Assembly: GCA_037379345.1 (NCBI GenBank)
Contig: CM074520.1
Location: 16,347,488 to 16,411,487, forward strand
Length of the DNA: 64,000 bases
Reading direction: 5' to 3'
Source: Perna viridis
Lineage: Eukaryota
Made by a program: the position numbers and the translations under genes. Below the pieces are notes generated by a model. It was not told the origin of the DNA. It saw only the letters and a program-made list of their open reading frames with translations, and searched no databases. This document shows, one piece after another, positions 39,601 through 54,600 of the stretch (within the stretch, counting starts at the first letter, position 1; every line of letters starts with the position of its first letter).

Positions 39601-42600
39601 CAAATGAGAGGTTACAGGGCCCATCCCATATTGAGATTGCCCTCAAATCCAAAGTTTTTCTTCAAATTCTTTGAAGTAAATTCATCTGATTGATCTATTT
39701 TAAACAAGGATTTGAGGTCAAACTCAGTTATGAAACCAGATCCTTACACTACTAATACATATTTTCATGATACTTTTAATGGCAGCTATAGGGTAGGGGA
39801 AATGAAATTGTGAAAAAAAAAGCGAGGAAAAAACAGAACAAGCAGCTGACTCAAGACAGGATGATTTTCGCATTGTACTTTGTTCCTTTTTTTTAAACAA
39901 AAGATCAAAAAGCATCATATTGGAAATAAAGCTGGAGTAGACCTTTTACACTACAGCTGCTTGAAAAGGGTATAAGAAAAAATGTCAGAACTGGACCAAA
40001 TGAATCAATAAGACACAAATGACTAGCCGTACATGTTAATGATGAATCAATAGGCAGAGGGTGCTTAAAGCTGATGCAATAAGCACACACAGTACAACAC
40101 GTCATGTCAAAGCTAAATTTCAAATTTTTCCTAATTAAGGTTCTCAAGTTCAACAAAAAAATATGATCGAACATGTACAATGCTAATTTTAAATATATGA
40201 ACTGACAGCAGTAGAACTTACAGCACCTGAATATTTCATTTTTTTAATGTTGCTCCATGTTATAAGTAAGCTCTCAGCATAGATTGGTACATGCAGTCAC
40301 CGTTTATAAAGGACATGGGTTGATATACTTATAAATTTCTAGTTGTATTTTACATGGTATATGTGCATTGCAAATACACAAAGGAACCATTGTACCATGC
40401 ATATACTTCAACAGTTGTGTGAGAATACAACAATAAAGCAGATACTTACGGTGGTGATGGACTGTAAAAAGGGAAATAACTCTAAAGTTAGTGAAAAGAA
40501 CAATCTAAAGATATGTGAAAAAAGCAATAGTAAAGTGTAAAATTAGTGTTTACATACATTGAAACTAGTGCTATGCTCTAGGGAAGGAATCTGTGGAAAT
40601 TCTAAACTATCTAAGGGAGATAAATGCAAAACGAAGGGAGAGTAACTCAGAATTAAAGGAGAGTTAGATACACCCTAGTACATGACAATCAGCATAATAT
40701 AAACTATAATATGATATTCATGAAAATCAGATGAAGTGGAAATTTGTGATGTCAATCATTCAAATGAAGGACATAAAAGAAAAATTGAGAATGTTTCTTT
40801 TTCCAAAATGCTCAGCCATCTTCACTGTAAAGAAAGTATTTAAGTAGAAATCAAAACATTTCTAATGAAAAATGGAACTGTAAAATGAAATTTTCATCTT
40901 TACTACAATTGGAGGCTTTCTATGGTATTGACAAGTTAAAGGAGCAGGGACAACAAAACCCCATTAAACATTGTCTTTTAAATCTGACCCTTGAATATCA
41001 AAACTTTAAAATGGCCTCAAATAGGGAAATTTCTAAAACATAACTTGCATTAGCAAAAACTTCAAGATTTTGGAATGTTTCTTAATTTTATCAAATCAAC
41101 CAGTTTGGTAATGTAAGACCAGTTTTATTTATGTGTTGATTTCCAGTGATGATTTCAAAAAAGCACAGGCATGCAAAAAATAATATGCCAAGCAAAAGAT
41201 TTGATCCGTTCAAAAGCTATACCTTGTCATTATTAGTCTGAGGATAAAAAGGTGATAGTTAAAAGTGTACATTTATTCTATGAAAAAAAAAACTGTTATT
41301 TTCGACATCTAAATGTTAATTTTTTCTCTTGGTACCTTTCACCAGATCCTTTGCGTCTAAATTAAAAATACCCAACAACTTTAATTAACAAAATTCTGCC
41401 GTGTTATGATAATTCACGCAAGTCTTGTCATTCTATTTTCTAAAACTACTATTTGAAATTAATATTTTCCCCAAAAAAATGAATTTCTACCCTGCACCTT
41501 AGACATAGATGTTTTACCCAGTTATTTGTCTTCTAATCAAATAATTAACAATTTAACATGTGAACACAAAATAATTGCAAGTAATTTTAAAGGAAAATAA
41601 ATTTGAATTTGAACACAAACTTTATAAACTAAAGAATTAAAAAACAAATTCTGCATAAATATGGATATTTTATTGCTAAAAACATAAAGATTGGTGGTTG
41701 AAACAAAATAATAATAATATCACCAGAACATAGAAAGGTGTAGACTACACAGGCAAATCTTGTTCACATGAAATTCATTGTGACTGAAGCTTTACCTAAT
41801 TTTCTCAAGAAATCAATATGATTTTCACAGAAAATTAACTTTTAACTTCGTGTAAATAGTTCACACAAAATTCATGTGAAGACTCAATTCATTTGAAGTT
41901 CATATGATTTCTGTGACAAATTTTATTTCCTCAATTCAGGCAAAACTCATGTGAAATTCGTGTGAAAATCATATGAAGTAATTTTGCCTGTGTATATGGT
42001 TGAAGAACATTTTCCAACTGCCACAATGTCCACAATGTTTTTCAACAATATAAAGGGAATTGTAACTTTTTGATTAATACTAAAATTTTGAATTCCAAAA
42101 TTTTCAACTTAGGAAACTCAAAAAGTTCAAAATTAAATAAATTTCATTAGAAAATTAATGAAATACAACTAAGTTTACCTGAAACTCATCATACTCCTGC
42201 ATACATATATATATATGTATATTGTATTCAGTAAAAAAATTTACATACGAGTGTGCATGTAAAATAATTCAGCTTCTTTAGATATATCATTGTGAAAGCT
42301 TTCTACTCTATCATTTGTTGTGCATTCTGTTTATACATAATATATAGATGTTTTCCTTAGTAATCTTAAAGAGCTCTACTGTGATCATGACTTTCTACCA
42401 TTGACAATTAATTCATCTGACCTTAAGTAACATTCATCCTTTGATTGCCAGGCATATTTGATTAGCAATATTAGTTCAAATTTTTAATCTGTGGTTACTA
42501 TAAACATTTGCAGTGTAAAATTTGTCGTCAGTAATCACATCACAATACTTTTTCTCTATCACGAAATCATAACTTACAATTAATTCTACACTTTATATGA

Positions 42601-45600
42601 GTTATGGTGAAATCAACTACAAATCCTTTAACTAGAGATGAACATTTCTAAGAATGAAATTGAACCAAACCTTTCATGCAAGTATTTCCTAATGGAAGAC
42701 CTGGAACCAAAGGAAGGAGTGTTTTTTATTGGTATAGATAGTCATAGGTAGTCATAGATACATACGCTTTTCCTTCTCTTCCTGTCCGAGATGACTTTCC
42801 AGAAACACTGGTCTTAGAACTGTCTTTGTTCATTTCTATTTCAGCGACTGATTGAGATTCTTTTATCACTGATCTAAATATATGAAGAGAGATCAACTTG
42901 AAGTCAAACATTTGAAGATACTGGACAAAACAGAATGCTGAAATATCAGAAATTACTGTGTGCATTTCAAATTCTGATTAGCTCGTAATCTTGTAGCTAC
43001 TAAAATTTTGCTGATTCAATAAAATTAGCATCAAATCATACTGCTATAAATCTTGAAAACATTGTTGATGCAGTGTAAAACAGTTAAGGTAGAGATTGTG
43101 TAAGGTAAAGTTTTTTCCCATACAAAAATCTTGTAAATAACCTTTCTGAGATGCATATTAAGAATTTTGCACAGCTGAGAGTGCAAGACAGAGACATCTC
43201 AGACACCAAAGGTTAAGATCTTAATTTCTTTAACAATACTCTACTGTGTTAGGGAATGTTGACATCTAAGCATATGATGTCTGAGATTTTCTAATCATGC
43301 ATTTTCTGCCAGTGTTTGATTTTTTTCTCTCTTTTTAAAATCAGTTTTATGATAAGTGTGTCATCCATAATGCCATGCTTGCTTTGTTCTTTTGTATTTA
43401 TAAGGTATCATAGAAAGTTTATGACATTTCAATCATGGGTCATATTAAGGATATCTCACATGGGTAAAGGTAAAAACAGCTTTATCACAAAAGTGAGGAA
43501 TTGGTTTCTTACACACAAAATGACTTACTCTGGTTTAGCATTAACAAGGAGAACTGGCCGTTTATCGTGTAGCTCCTGTTTACAATAGTCCTCAAGAGAT
43601 AGAAATTTACTTCCTGGTCTCATCTGTCCAGCATCATAGAAACCATCTTGGATCAAGTTGGTAGATGCTGAGAAAAAGTTATTTTTTAATAAATATTTAT
43701 ATGAATATATCAATATAATTTAAACACAATATATGCACACATCCTTATGTGTTCAAGAAATACATGATCCTGCTTAGATTTTGCTTGTTATAATTTTCCA
43801 TTCTCTCTTTATACTTTTGTTTCTGTGGTAGGTAGACGAGGGGAGTCTACACGATAAATATATTAACTTATATATTCAACTAAAATAAAGTCAGCTTTTG
43901 CAACTTTCTGGTATTTTTTACTCACTTAATATACCACTGAGTGAATATTTAGCGGACAGGTTGCTGTTTAGTAAGTTCTGCAGAGCCACATCAGCAAATG
44001 GATTTCTTCTGGTTCCTGATACCTGGATCTCTTGTAAAATGGACATTCCGCTATAATTGGAAAAAATAAATAATACATGACAAATCATATATGCTATAAA
44101 TTTGGACTCAGAAAGATAAATGTATTTTTTAAGTAAGTTTGTTTATTTTTTTTTTAAGCTTTAAACACATTAAAAGGGGAGACATGGCAAGCATAAGTGG
44201 ACAAAATGAGCATTTCCTAATATTAAAAAATGATTTTTTAATATTACAAATTCATTTTCTAATATTACAAATTCAATATCACAAAACACTTTTTTAATAC
44301 AAGAAATTGATTTTCTAATATCAGAAAATGGATTTGTCATATTCAGTTATGATTTTTTAATATTAGTAAATCATTTGTAATATTAAAAAATGTGACTGAT
44401 TTTCTAATATTACAAAATTCATTTTCTAATATAACAAATTCATTTTCTAATATTACAAATTCAATTTGTAATATTACAAAATGTGTGATATTTTATATTA
44501 TTACTAAATCAGGAATTTGTAATATTAGAAAATGAATTTCTAATATTACAAAATCATTTTTTTAATATTAGAAAAGATTTTTTAATATTAGAAATCAACT
44601 TGTAATATTAAAAATTCATTTTCTAATATTTCAAAATACTGATTTTTGTCCACTTTGGCTTGCCATAGGGAGACATATTGTAAAGTAATTTGATAATAAA
44701 TTGTGCAAAAATATATCTTAACCATCATTTTTACACAAATATAACCAAATAAATTTTTTGTAGTTGTCACACTATCAAGGGGAATTAATTTTGCAATTTT
44801 GGAAATGACGAGATGCATCACTGAAATACTTAAAAAATAAAAATCTGAAACGGCTATATTTATGGAATATCTGGTTTACGACTGTAAGAACAATACCCAC
44901 CCCAGTCTACAGACTTCTGCTGCTGTCTGTTCATCAACGGCACAGACTGCAACAGCCCATGATGAATTCCTACGGACCTCATCATTACCAGAATACAACA
45001 GGGCTATCAGGTAGTCTAATCCACCAGCATTTCTAAACTATAAATATAAAAGCAAAAATATATAAAATCAGGAAGCTACAAGAGGTCAGAGTAGGAAACT
45101 CACTCAAATTCTAGCCAGTCCTGAATACAATTTTTCAATATATTTACTATATGGCTATATAAACTTTTGCTATAAATAGCCAGCCCTGCCAAAAAATAGC
45201 CAGTCTCGGGCTGGCGGGCAAGCTACTATTTCTAATTCTGCGAGAGGTGCTAATCCTAAACCTTTCCAAGGTATTTCCTAAAACGTCAGTTGTCAATTTG
45301 AAAAAAAAAAAAAACACTGCTTTATAAGGATAATATTGATTATAAGTTATAATAGAACAATTAGAGAAGGTATTGTAATGTCTAAACTTACGACAGATTT
45401 TACACTTGCCACATTTTATTGTGAAACGGACTGCAGTTAATTGCACTCAGCCCCTTTTCATCATTTACAACTGTACAGATAAGATGCGTAATTTTCACTG
45501 GGTGGAAACTAAGAATTAAATCTCAACTTACTTTGGACTCATTCTTAGAAGCTAATTAGAATCCATTACTGTAGTAAAACTAAAAAAAAAGTTCATTGTA

Positions 45601-48600
45601 ACTTCTTTTAATAAGTGGGCCTGGGATTCATTAAGAAATCTCAAATTGAGAATTACCTTAAATCCTTGAGTTTTTCCTCAAATCTTCAGTACCAATCAAT
45701 CTGATTTGTTGAAATTTGAATTGAGGAAGGATTTGAGGAAATCTCGAATTTAAATATTTCATGACAATTTACATCTAAGTATATGAATGACACAACCAAC
45801 CTCAGTTCTGGAATCAGCATCACATACATAGGCAGCTACACACAGTGAACACTTAGACTGGACATTGGTATTTCTGTAAATTAAAATAAAGCAAACCTAA
45901 TCTAATGAGATAGTGTTATCCCTCCAACTGAAAAATTCAGACGGCTATAAGCAGCCAACCAACTCAAACATCAATGAAAATAATGTTTGTTTTATTTTAA
46001 GGGAAGAAATCAAAATATATTATGAAAATTTTTATGTCTGTGTTGAGAGTAAATAACTAAATAATCTAAACTAATAAATAATCGTAGTTTCACCTACGAC
46101 AAAACTGTTCACTTAATGCAAAGGTCAAAGGTTCTTTTATTCCTTGGTATCAATTTTTAATGTTTCCAAAAATTCTGTTATTTTGTAAGGTTTTCAGTTC
46201 ATGACTTTCAGTAAAATCTAAAGGTTTAAATGGGGAATAAACATTTGAATTTATATTAGGACTGAACAATAAAATCACAACCATTGCTACCCATATACAA
46301 TCATTCTCCTACAGTTAATCATTCTTCACATCCACTGTCCTTATAAAGGCTTATTGTACCTTTACAAGAAGTGTTTATATACTTACTTTGACTTGAGGGG
46401 ATCTATCAGTTTGACTACAGTATTTTTATTCTGAGCATCAGTTCTCAGCGACTCTTCAGTGGCCATGTTGGTAAGACAACAAGCAGCGTTGGCCACAGCT
46501 TCCTCTCGGGCATCACTAAGTGTGTTGATCAGGGCATCTATTCCATTAAAGTTACTGATTTCACTGAGGAAAGGAAGGGACAAAATAGTTTATTTGTAAA
46601 TTTGGTATTATATACAGAAAAACACTATTATGGAAGGTTTAAACAGCAAGTACTATCAGCAAGGAAACAAGTCTGTAACAGGGAGATGTATTCTGGTTAT
46701 TACTTGCTGTAAAGATCTTCAAAAATAATGTTCTTTTTTTCACTCACATCACTGTCAGAGTACGGCCTTAAATTTTCAATATAATCAGATCATGTTTGTG
46801 AGAGTGTACTGTTGCATTATGATGAAAATATTTTGCCTAAAAGTTAAAAAATTGAAACATTTGAAATCACCAATAAAACATGAAAGACAACCCTCAAGCG
46901 TTATAGGCATCAAGGTTGTTTTTACTTGGGCTGATCTGAACATTGGTATCAATATTTGAATTTCCATGCACCATTACAGACAACTTCAGAAATGTTCTGT
47001 CTTAAAGTAACAGTTCTTTTTTCCAAATGAATTAAAGCAAATTTTCTCCCATTAAAAGTCAGTGATTAAAAATGTGACTTTCTAACCACAGAGTGGTGAT
47101 TAAATTTCTGTGACAGTTTTCCCACCATTTTACTTTTCCAAATTTTCTACAAATTTCATAGGAGAAACAGATCCTCCTCCAACGCTCTCAGGGATTACAA
47201 GATTTCTTCACTCTCAATAGATAAATTTTAGATTTAACCCTCTCGCTGAAGCTTAAATGGAGAAATCTTATAATCCCCTCTCAAGACTGAAGGAGAACCT
47301 ATATATATCTTCTTCCATCAGAGCTTCAAAGTAAATCTAAAGCTAGAACATAATGTCTTTTTAAAGCACCATATGAATATTTCTTTAAATCAAAATCAGT
47401 ATTGTTATTTATATTAGCTTATGTGGGTCAGTATTCTGGCATCGATTTCACAAAAAGTCGTAAGTGTAAAGATGATGGTAAGTAATGACATCACTATATT
47501 CAGCGATTTCTATTACCAAACTACTTACTGACAGTTAGTACTGTTGTTAGCTGTGAGGTTGGCCAAAGCTAGGGAGGCAGCTTCCTTTACATCACCACTG
47601 TCAGAGTTTAGTAACTTAACTAATGGCTGTACACCCTCTGTAACATATATATATAGTGAAAGACAAATGGATAACAGATGAGCAGTCATGATTATCATAA
47701 CTTCACCACAACTCAGTGATATTGTTGGCTTTTTTCATAACTACCTCATTCTTTCTTTATTGAGAAAGTATGTGTCATTTTCTTACATTGGGAAATTTCC
47801 ATACAAAATTTAAATTATAGCTAAAAAATGATTAGTTTTAAAGAGAATGTAAAAAAAAAAAGAGAACTCACAATAATTGAATCAGTGCAATTTTACACCA
47901 AGCGTCATTTCTTACCCTTCAACCAATTGGGAAATAGTTTATCTTGTCTGGGATTATTTTTTGACAAATTGGGAAACTTTCATTAGGGGAACAGCCTTAC
48001 TTCCGAGGTAAATTAAGGCAAGCAATATCCCTGTGATGATGGGGAATAGAAACTAGAATACAACACATATATATATATGTAAAATATTTTTGTTCATTTA
48101 CCGAAGGAAAAATATATGTTTTAAATCCAAATGCTATTTAAGCAACCACAAGTGTAACCTGATCAAAAGAGTAAAAAATACCATAAACTTATTTCAATAG
48201 ATCATTTTGAGGCATGAAGTTATGGACATACCCCACTCTCTGATGGAATCTTTACTCAGGAGATTTTCTGACATAGTCCCCAGGGCCTGGGCTGCAGCGG
48301 CCTGGACCTCAGCAGATTCATGGGCCAAAAGATGGATCAGCATCTTCTCTGCTTCTTGTTCATGTAAAATCTTTCTATTCTCAGCTGCAAATAATAAATA
48401 ATCAAGATATTTATAATAAGATATTTGGTTTTTTTTTTTCAAATGAGCTTAGCTTTAAAACTTCAAAACAAATTCAACAGATACAAATAGGAAATTTGTT
48501 GGCTTATAGTTACAATTATCAAAACAAAGTCCTTGGACAAGTTTTAGTTAATTTTTTGAGACATGGAAATGGTATAAAATTTCGGAGTGATCAATGAGAT

Positions 48601-51600
48601 TTTTTTTCTGGGTAAACAAGCATTTGGAAGCAAACCGTAGAATTATATATATATTTTCAACTTACCACTCCTAGCAGATCTTGCTATTGCTTTAGCAGCA
48701 CACATTTTGACATCGGGGAGTGTGGGAATAATTGCCTCCCCTGGTGGTGCTTCCTCCTTCTCTTCTGACGATTTCTTCCCTATATTACATAAATAGTTTA
48801 AATTTAAAAAAAACTTGATGCACACTGTCTTACAGCACAGAAGAAAGAAAGAAATCATTGACAAAAAATGCCTTAATTGGGTGTGTAACTGAGCCTACTA
48901 ATACTTTAACATATTACAATAGTATGCAAGTTCTGATTTAAAATGAGGTGAAGAAACAACCCAAAATATGACACATTCAAAAAGAGATTTCATAAAATTA
49001 ACAATAAATCAATTCAGTTTTTTTGTTCAACTACAATGTATGATTTAATGCACATATTTTTTGAAGGCTAAACAAATGATGTTGCTGATAAAGTCAAGCT
49101 CATTGGAAAATTCTAAAGTGGGAACAAGCCATGACTTATGAAGCAAAGAATACATTCATCTTGATGAAGAAGGGTGCAACAGTTCTTAACAAATGCAGTG
49201 CAACAGAACAAAATCACAACCATGCACATCAGATCAGAATTTCCACTTAAGCCAAGTATCACCATCAATACAGTGGTGTGTTCCTAAAATTAATGAATAT
49301 TTGTGGTCTGCATTTGGTCATGGGCCATATTTTTTATTAAAGGGGATTAATTATTTTAACCTTCATATTTGTTAGACAAGCATTTTGTTCTACATGTATA
49401 ATATAATTTATCAAAGCATTATTCTTTGGGAGAAAGCACTATTCTATAAAATAAATTAAAAACAGTCTACTTCATAAATTTAGTTCTTTTCTTTAGCAAA
49501 TTGTATTTTAAATTAAAACTATGTATATACTTCCATCTCCATATATAAAATATACATGTATCATAAAGTATGATAAAATAAGAGTATAAGAAGGGAAAAG
49601 ACTGTGCACTTTAAAAGTATAAAATAAATGTGCAATAAAAAAAGTAAAAACAATGAAAAAAATATCATAAAAAAGCTTCTCTAAAGCTTTTAAGATGGTA
49701 ATAGAAAAGGGGGCATGCAAGTTACTGGTTCTATAAGATTGATAAAAAATAAATAGAAATGTAATGAAGTAAAACGTTTAATAAAAAAAGAAACTTATTA
49801 CATGAAAATGAAAGATATATCTTAATAAAATATATCAATACAATATTAAATGAATGCAAAGTCATTAAATGCAAAAAAACTTGACTGGAGACTTTGATTG
49901 TAATGGCTACATATATATTTTTTCTATAAGCTATCAAATTTAAAATTGAGGAAAATATTTGTGTATTTCACACACATCTAACAAGAAACTTGACACATTA
50001 TATAATAAAAACATCTAGAAAAAAGAGATTTTTTTTATAAACATAAAATTATTCTATGTAATATAACACTGGATTTATATTGTACAATACAGACTGAAAA
50101 AAAAAAAGAATAATTCTACGTGTGATTAAGGCTGTATGCGATATATAGAATACAAGCTTGGTGCTTATTTCCTGCATATACAAACTATGATACCCTTGTT
50201 TTACCTTTTTTACCTAGATTGGAAATACAATCAATAAGACTAAATATAAAAAAAATATCAAAATTCAGGTTTAGTCATAGAGTTATCTCCCTTACACCAA
50301 AGAATATACAATGACTTTCATAGACTCATTGCATATTAATTCTTTGTTCTATCTAGATGTCAATAGATATTATTCACTGATAAATCTAATTGCATTGTTT
50401 TTCTCATCTTCAATAATTTTTGCTGGTGGACCTTGACTTACAATGTTGGAGCTGGTCTTGATATAGAGCCAAACAGAAATTATATGCAATGCTTTTTTTG
50501 AAAGAATGCTTGAATCTAAAACCTTATCTATGGATTTCTTAAAATTCAAATTGTCCTGTCACTAACCCTTCACATTTTACAATCTCATCAAAAACAGCAT
50601 CTATGTTGTGAATGCATGTTCTAATTTGGACTTTGAACAATGTCCATACATGCAAAATAATCTTAAATATTACATACAAATTGTAGCATGCCTTAACTGT
50701 GTTGAATGGATGCAACAAATAATGCTTCATAAGCCAACAACATGAATGTGTTGATATGTTGATAACATAAATAGGATACAAAATTCATGCACACCATGCA
50801 CATACATACATGTACACTATTTGTTCATTTCATCATCACAGAGACAATACATATGTACAAAGACAATTTTCAGTGCACTTATACTGCATGGGACAATTTG
50901 TGAAACAGATAAGTACATTGACTGTACAAAGCACATTTAAGCACAATCTTACCATCTTTAGCACTTTTTTTGGCTGCCCTGGATCCAGCTTTCTCCCCTT
51001 TACCACCTTTACCCCCTCCACCTTTGGGTTCCTCCTCTGGAGGTGGCTGATCTGTAATGAGAGCTACCAATCTTTTCAATGTACCAGTCTCTTTAACAAG
51101 CTGTGAAAAAAGTGAATTAGTTAGACAATGATGTATTGTTTAAAACTTAAATACTAAATTAAAGCTATGTTCAAGTATAAGAAAGCACGGGACAGAACAC
51201 ATTCACAGTTGAAGATAAATGCTGATTTGAATACTTAAGCATTATTCTCCCATTCTAAGCAAGTACTTAAAAATACATGTGACTTTTTAACCACTGGACG
51301 GTGATTAAATTTCTGCAAGAGTTTTCCCATCATTTAATATTTCTGAGTTTTCTACAGATTTCATGGAGAAACAGATTCTTCTCCAATACTCTTAGATTTA
51401 TTCACTCTCGAAAGTTTAATTTCAGATTTAATCCACTTGCTGATGCTCGTGGGTTGAAATTGAAAATTTAACTATCTTGAGTGGAGAAATTTGTAATCCC
51501 CTCGAGACTGAAGGAGAGTCTATATTTAATATCTAAAATGAATGAACATACATGCTTATCAGTTTTTAATTGCATGTATTATGAATACTACGAAAATCTC

Positions 51601-54600
51601 CCAGTGTAATCCAATTTCTGGCCTCAATAATACCCACCAGACCGATGACACTCTAAAAGACATTACAAACAGACAAAGTGATTGTAAAAGAAGACCCAAG
51701 AACCTTTAAAGTGAAGACCACTTCTCATAAAAGTGAGAATTAAATAGAGTCTTAAATCATTCATGGAGAAGATGCACCCAGTCTTCCAGAGGTTATTTAG
51801 GTTGTATCAAGTTGATGCACTGTCAGTTCCACCCTTTCATAAAACAGCAATCTAAACAAGCGATTCTTTTATCATTAAGTCACTTGGATTACATATAAAA
51901 GTGTTAAGTTTTTAAACTGAGATACATTGCTGTTGAAACCAAATGATCTCTTTAATCTATGACCACTCAGACCAGACAACTTGATAAAGGGACTATATAT
52001 CGGCCACAAATCAAACAAAATATTTGTACATTTGTCCTTGTACAGCCCAATTCTGATAGTGCAGTCTCCCAGAATCCTAGAGACACCAAAGTTTTATCAC
52101 CGTGTCAATATTTCCCCACTCTATCTTGATTGCTGTTGTAAATTGTAACCTTTTTATGACTCAACTTAAACTAACAAATACTATAAGTGCTCTTGAGTGC
52201 TTCAATGTCATGTACAAACAAAGTGTTTGAAATAGTTTATGTGCAAAACCTTATTTATTCGTTACTCAAGTTAACAAATTACCGGTAACTATATCTAAAT
52301 TCTTTGAAAAAATTTCTGTTAGATCATCTTCACTTGATTTTGGAATACTTAAAACAAAGTTCTATAATGCTTTCATTTGTTTGCAAGTATCAGTCAAAGT
52401 TTAAACAAAGAATGCATGCATCATTTGAAGATTGTATACAAAGCTATTCTTCTTAAGCCTAAAAAAATGTTATGTTTCTGGTCACCCTATAAACCCTCCT
52501 TGAGACCTCCTTCTCAAAAGTTTTTATTTTGAGATTTTGAAAATAAAATAATTAAAAAGCCTGCCTACTCACTACTGTATTACAGAAAAAAAACATAAAG
52601 CCAAAGATATTCTTTTTCTATCCTAGATGGAAAAACAAAGAGTTAGAAATACTGGTTGTTTATATATAAATTGGAATCAATTGTAAACACATATGTGTGT
52701 GTGCTCTTGGCCATGGACATTTAATCTTTGTAGATTTGGTTTTTATTGTATTCTGAGTTTGGTGTCACACTTATTTCATTTCAATAATTTTTTTAAATCT
52801 CCACCTACCTACCTTACAAAGTTCTAGAGGGGAGATTGGAGAAACAGCATTATTTTTTTGGCCTTAACAACAAATTCAGTTATATTTCCATGGACTGTAA
52901 CCCCTACCCCATTCTTCCAAAAGGCAAGTCTTAAACTCAAGAAAATTGAATTTCACAATAAAAGCCTGTCTTGCTAGTTTGTTACCACATATAATCAAAT
53001 ATAAGTGTACATTCCTCTAAAATGTAAAAGTGCAGTTATGAACAAAATTTTACTCAATGTTATAATAACTTTACTATAGGTATTTCTATCCAAGGTTTTA
53101 TGTTTAGATTATGTAACGACTAGTTACTCTATCATATCAACCTAGACTAAAGGTTTAAAATAGACTTGAAATGTCAACAATATTTCAAAACAAGACGAGA
53201 TAAGACAGTTCAAGCAGACACCACCCCTAACAGAGCAATTCATCTTCCTGTCAAATTATCTTATGCAATGATAAAAATCATATCTTTTTAAATGGGGCAA
53301 AGTTAATTGGTTGCTACAAATCAATCAATTGATAAAGAGGAAAACATTTTCTATCAGCAGTTTTTCCTTGTTAAAGTGTAACCCATAGCATGTTTGAGTA
53401 CTGCATACTTTGCCTGTAACTCAAAACATGTCTGAGTATTGCATATATTGCCTTTAACTCAAAGAATACCTGACTACTTCACATTTTGCCTGTAACTCAA
53501 AGCATACCTGAGTACTGTATATATTGCCTTTAACTCAGCATGCCTGAGAAGTGCATATTTTGCCTGTAACTCAAAGCATGCCTGAGTACTGCATATATTG
53601 CCTTTAACTTAAAGCATGCCTGAGTACTGCATATATTGCCTTTAACTCAAAGCATGCCTGAGTACTGCATATATTACCTGTATGACCTCATAAAAGTTCA
53701 AAGTATTGTGACGTAATAACTTACAACTGATTTTACACATACATTTTTTTATGGAAAGGGCTGCAGGAACTTAAAATTACATCTAGGATTGCAGGAATTT
53801 CTGGAGTTATCTTTTTGTTAGCTTTTGTATCATATCTCTTGAAAGGCATGAAATTAGAAATTTTACGTCCAATCCATACACTAGTAGCAAGGTTAATAAT
53901 GATAAGAATATGCAGTCCTTTTCACAAAAAAATTGTAAGTGTAAAACTAATCCTCAGTTATGACACAATAATACTTTGATCTATTATGAGGTCAAAACTT
54001 CCGACTAATTTTACACTTTTTTGTGGAAAGGACTGCATGCCCTGGCATCACAAAAGTTAAAAAATACTTAAGTCCGAGAATATTCTTAACTTCCATGGTA
54101 GCTCTAATCAAAGTCACAAACAGTTAGTTTTCAAGTTTTGTGGCCCTGGGGCAAGATCTTCAAAAAACAAAAACAAACAAACATCAACACAATTTCTAAG
54201 ATATTCAAGGATGATTACTTGATTCTTTGACATATTTAAAAAAAAAAAAAAAAAACATTTAAAGACAAATCCCACTAACCAGTTCTGACAGTAGGAATTT
54301 CGTGAAATTTTACTGAAATGTCCCCAAGTATAAAGACTTCGAAAGAAGCTTCTAAAAATATAGGTCATTGTGCTTTTAATGAACATATAGCAGTTCAAAA
54401 TTTTGTAAAATCTGAAGTTTTTGTCATTTTCAAAATTCAATTTCTGATCTTGTCAATATTTTAAACGAATGACACATGCTTTACACCAGTAGATTGGAAA
54501 TTTCCTTTACTTCATTCTTAAAACACTAAAAACAAAAGTTTAATCCCCCCAAAAATAACCTTTTTTTTGATTCCCATCAAAAGAAAAACTAACTTTTGAA

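Noticed and set aside
39560-39745. Possible extra ARMC3 exon in intron 17
   Set aside because: The open frame ends in a stop, the acceptor is weak, and the flanking exons already join in phase
53378-53682. Regular repeats resembling a CRISPR array
   Set aside because: Contiguous 38-bp units with no unique spacers, inside a eukaryotic intron, and no cas genes
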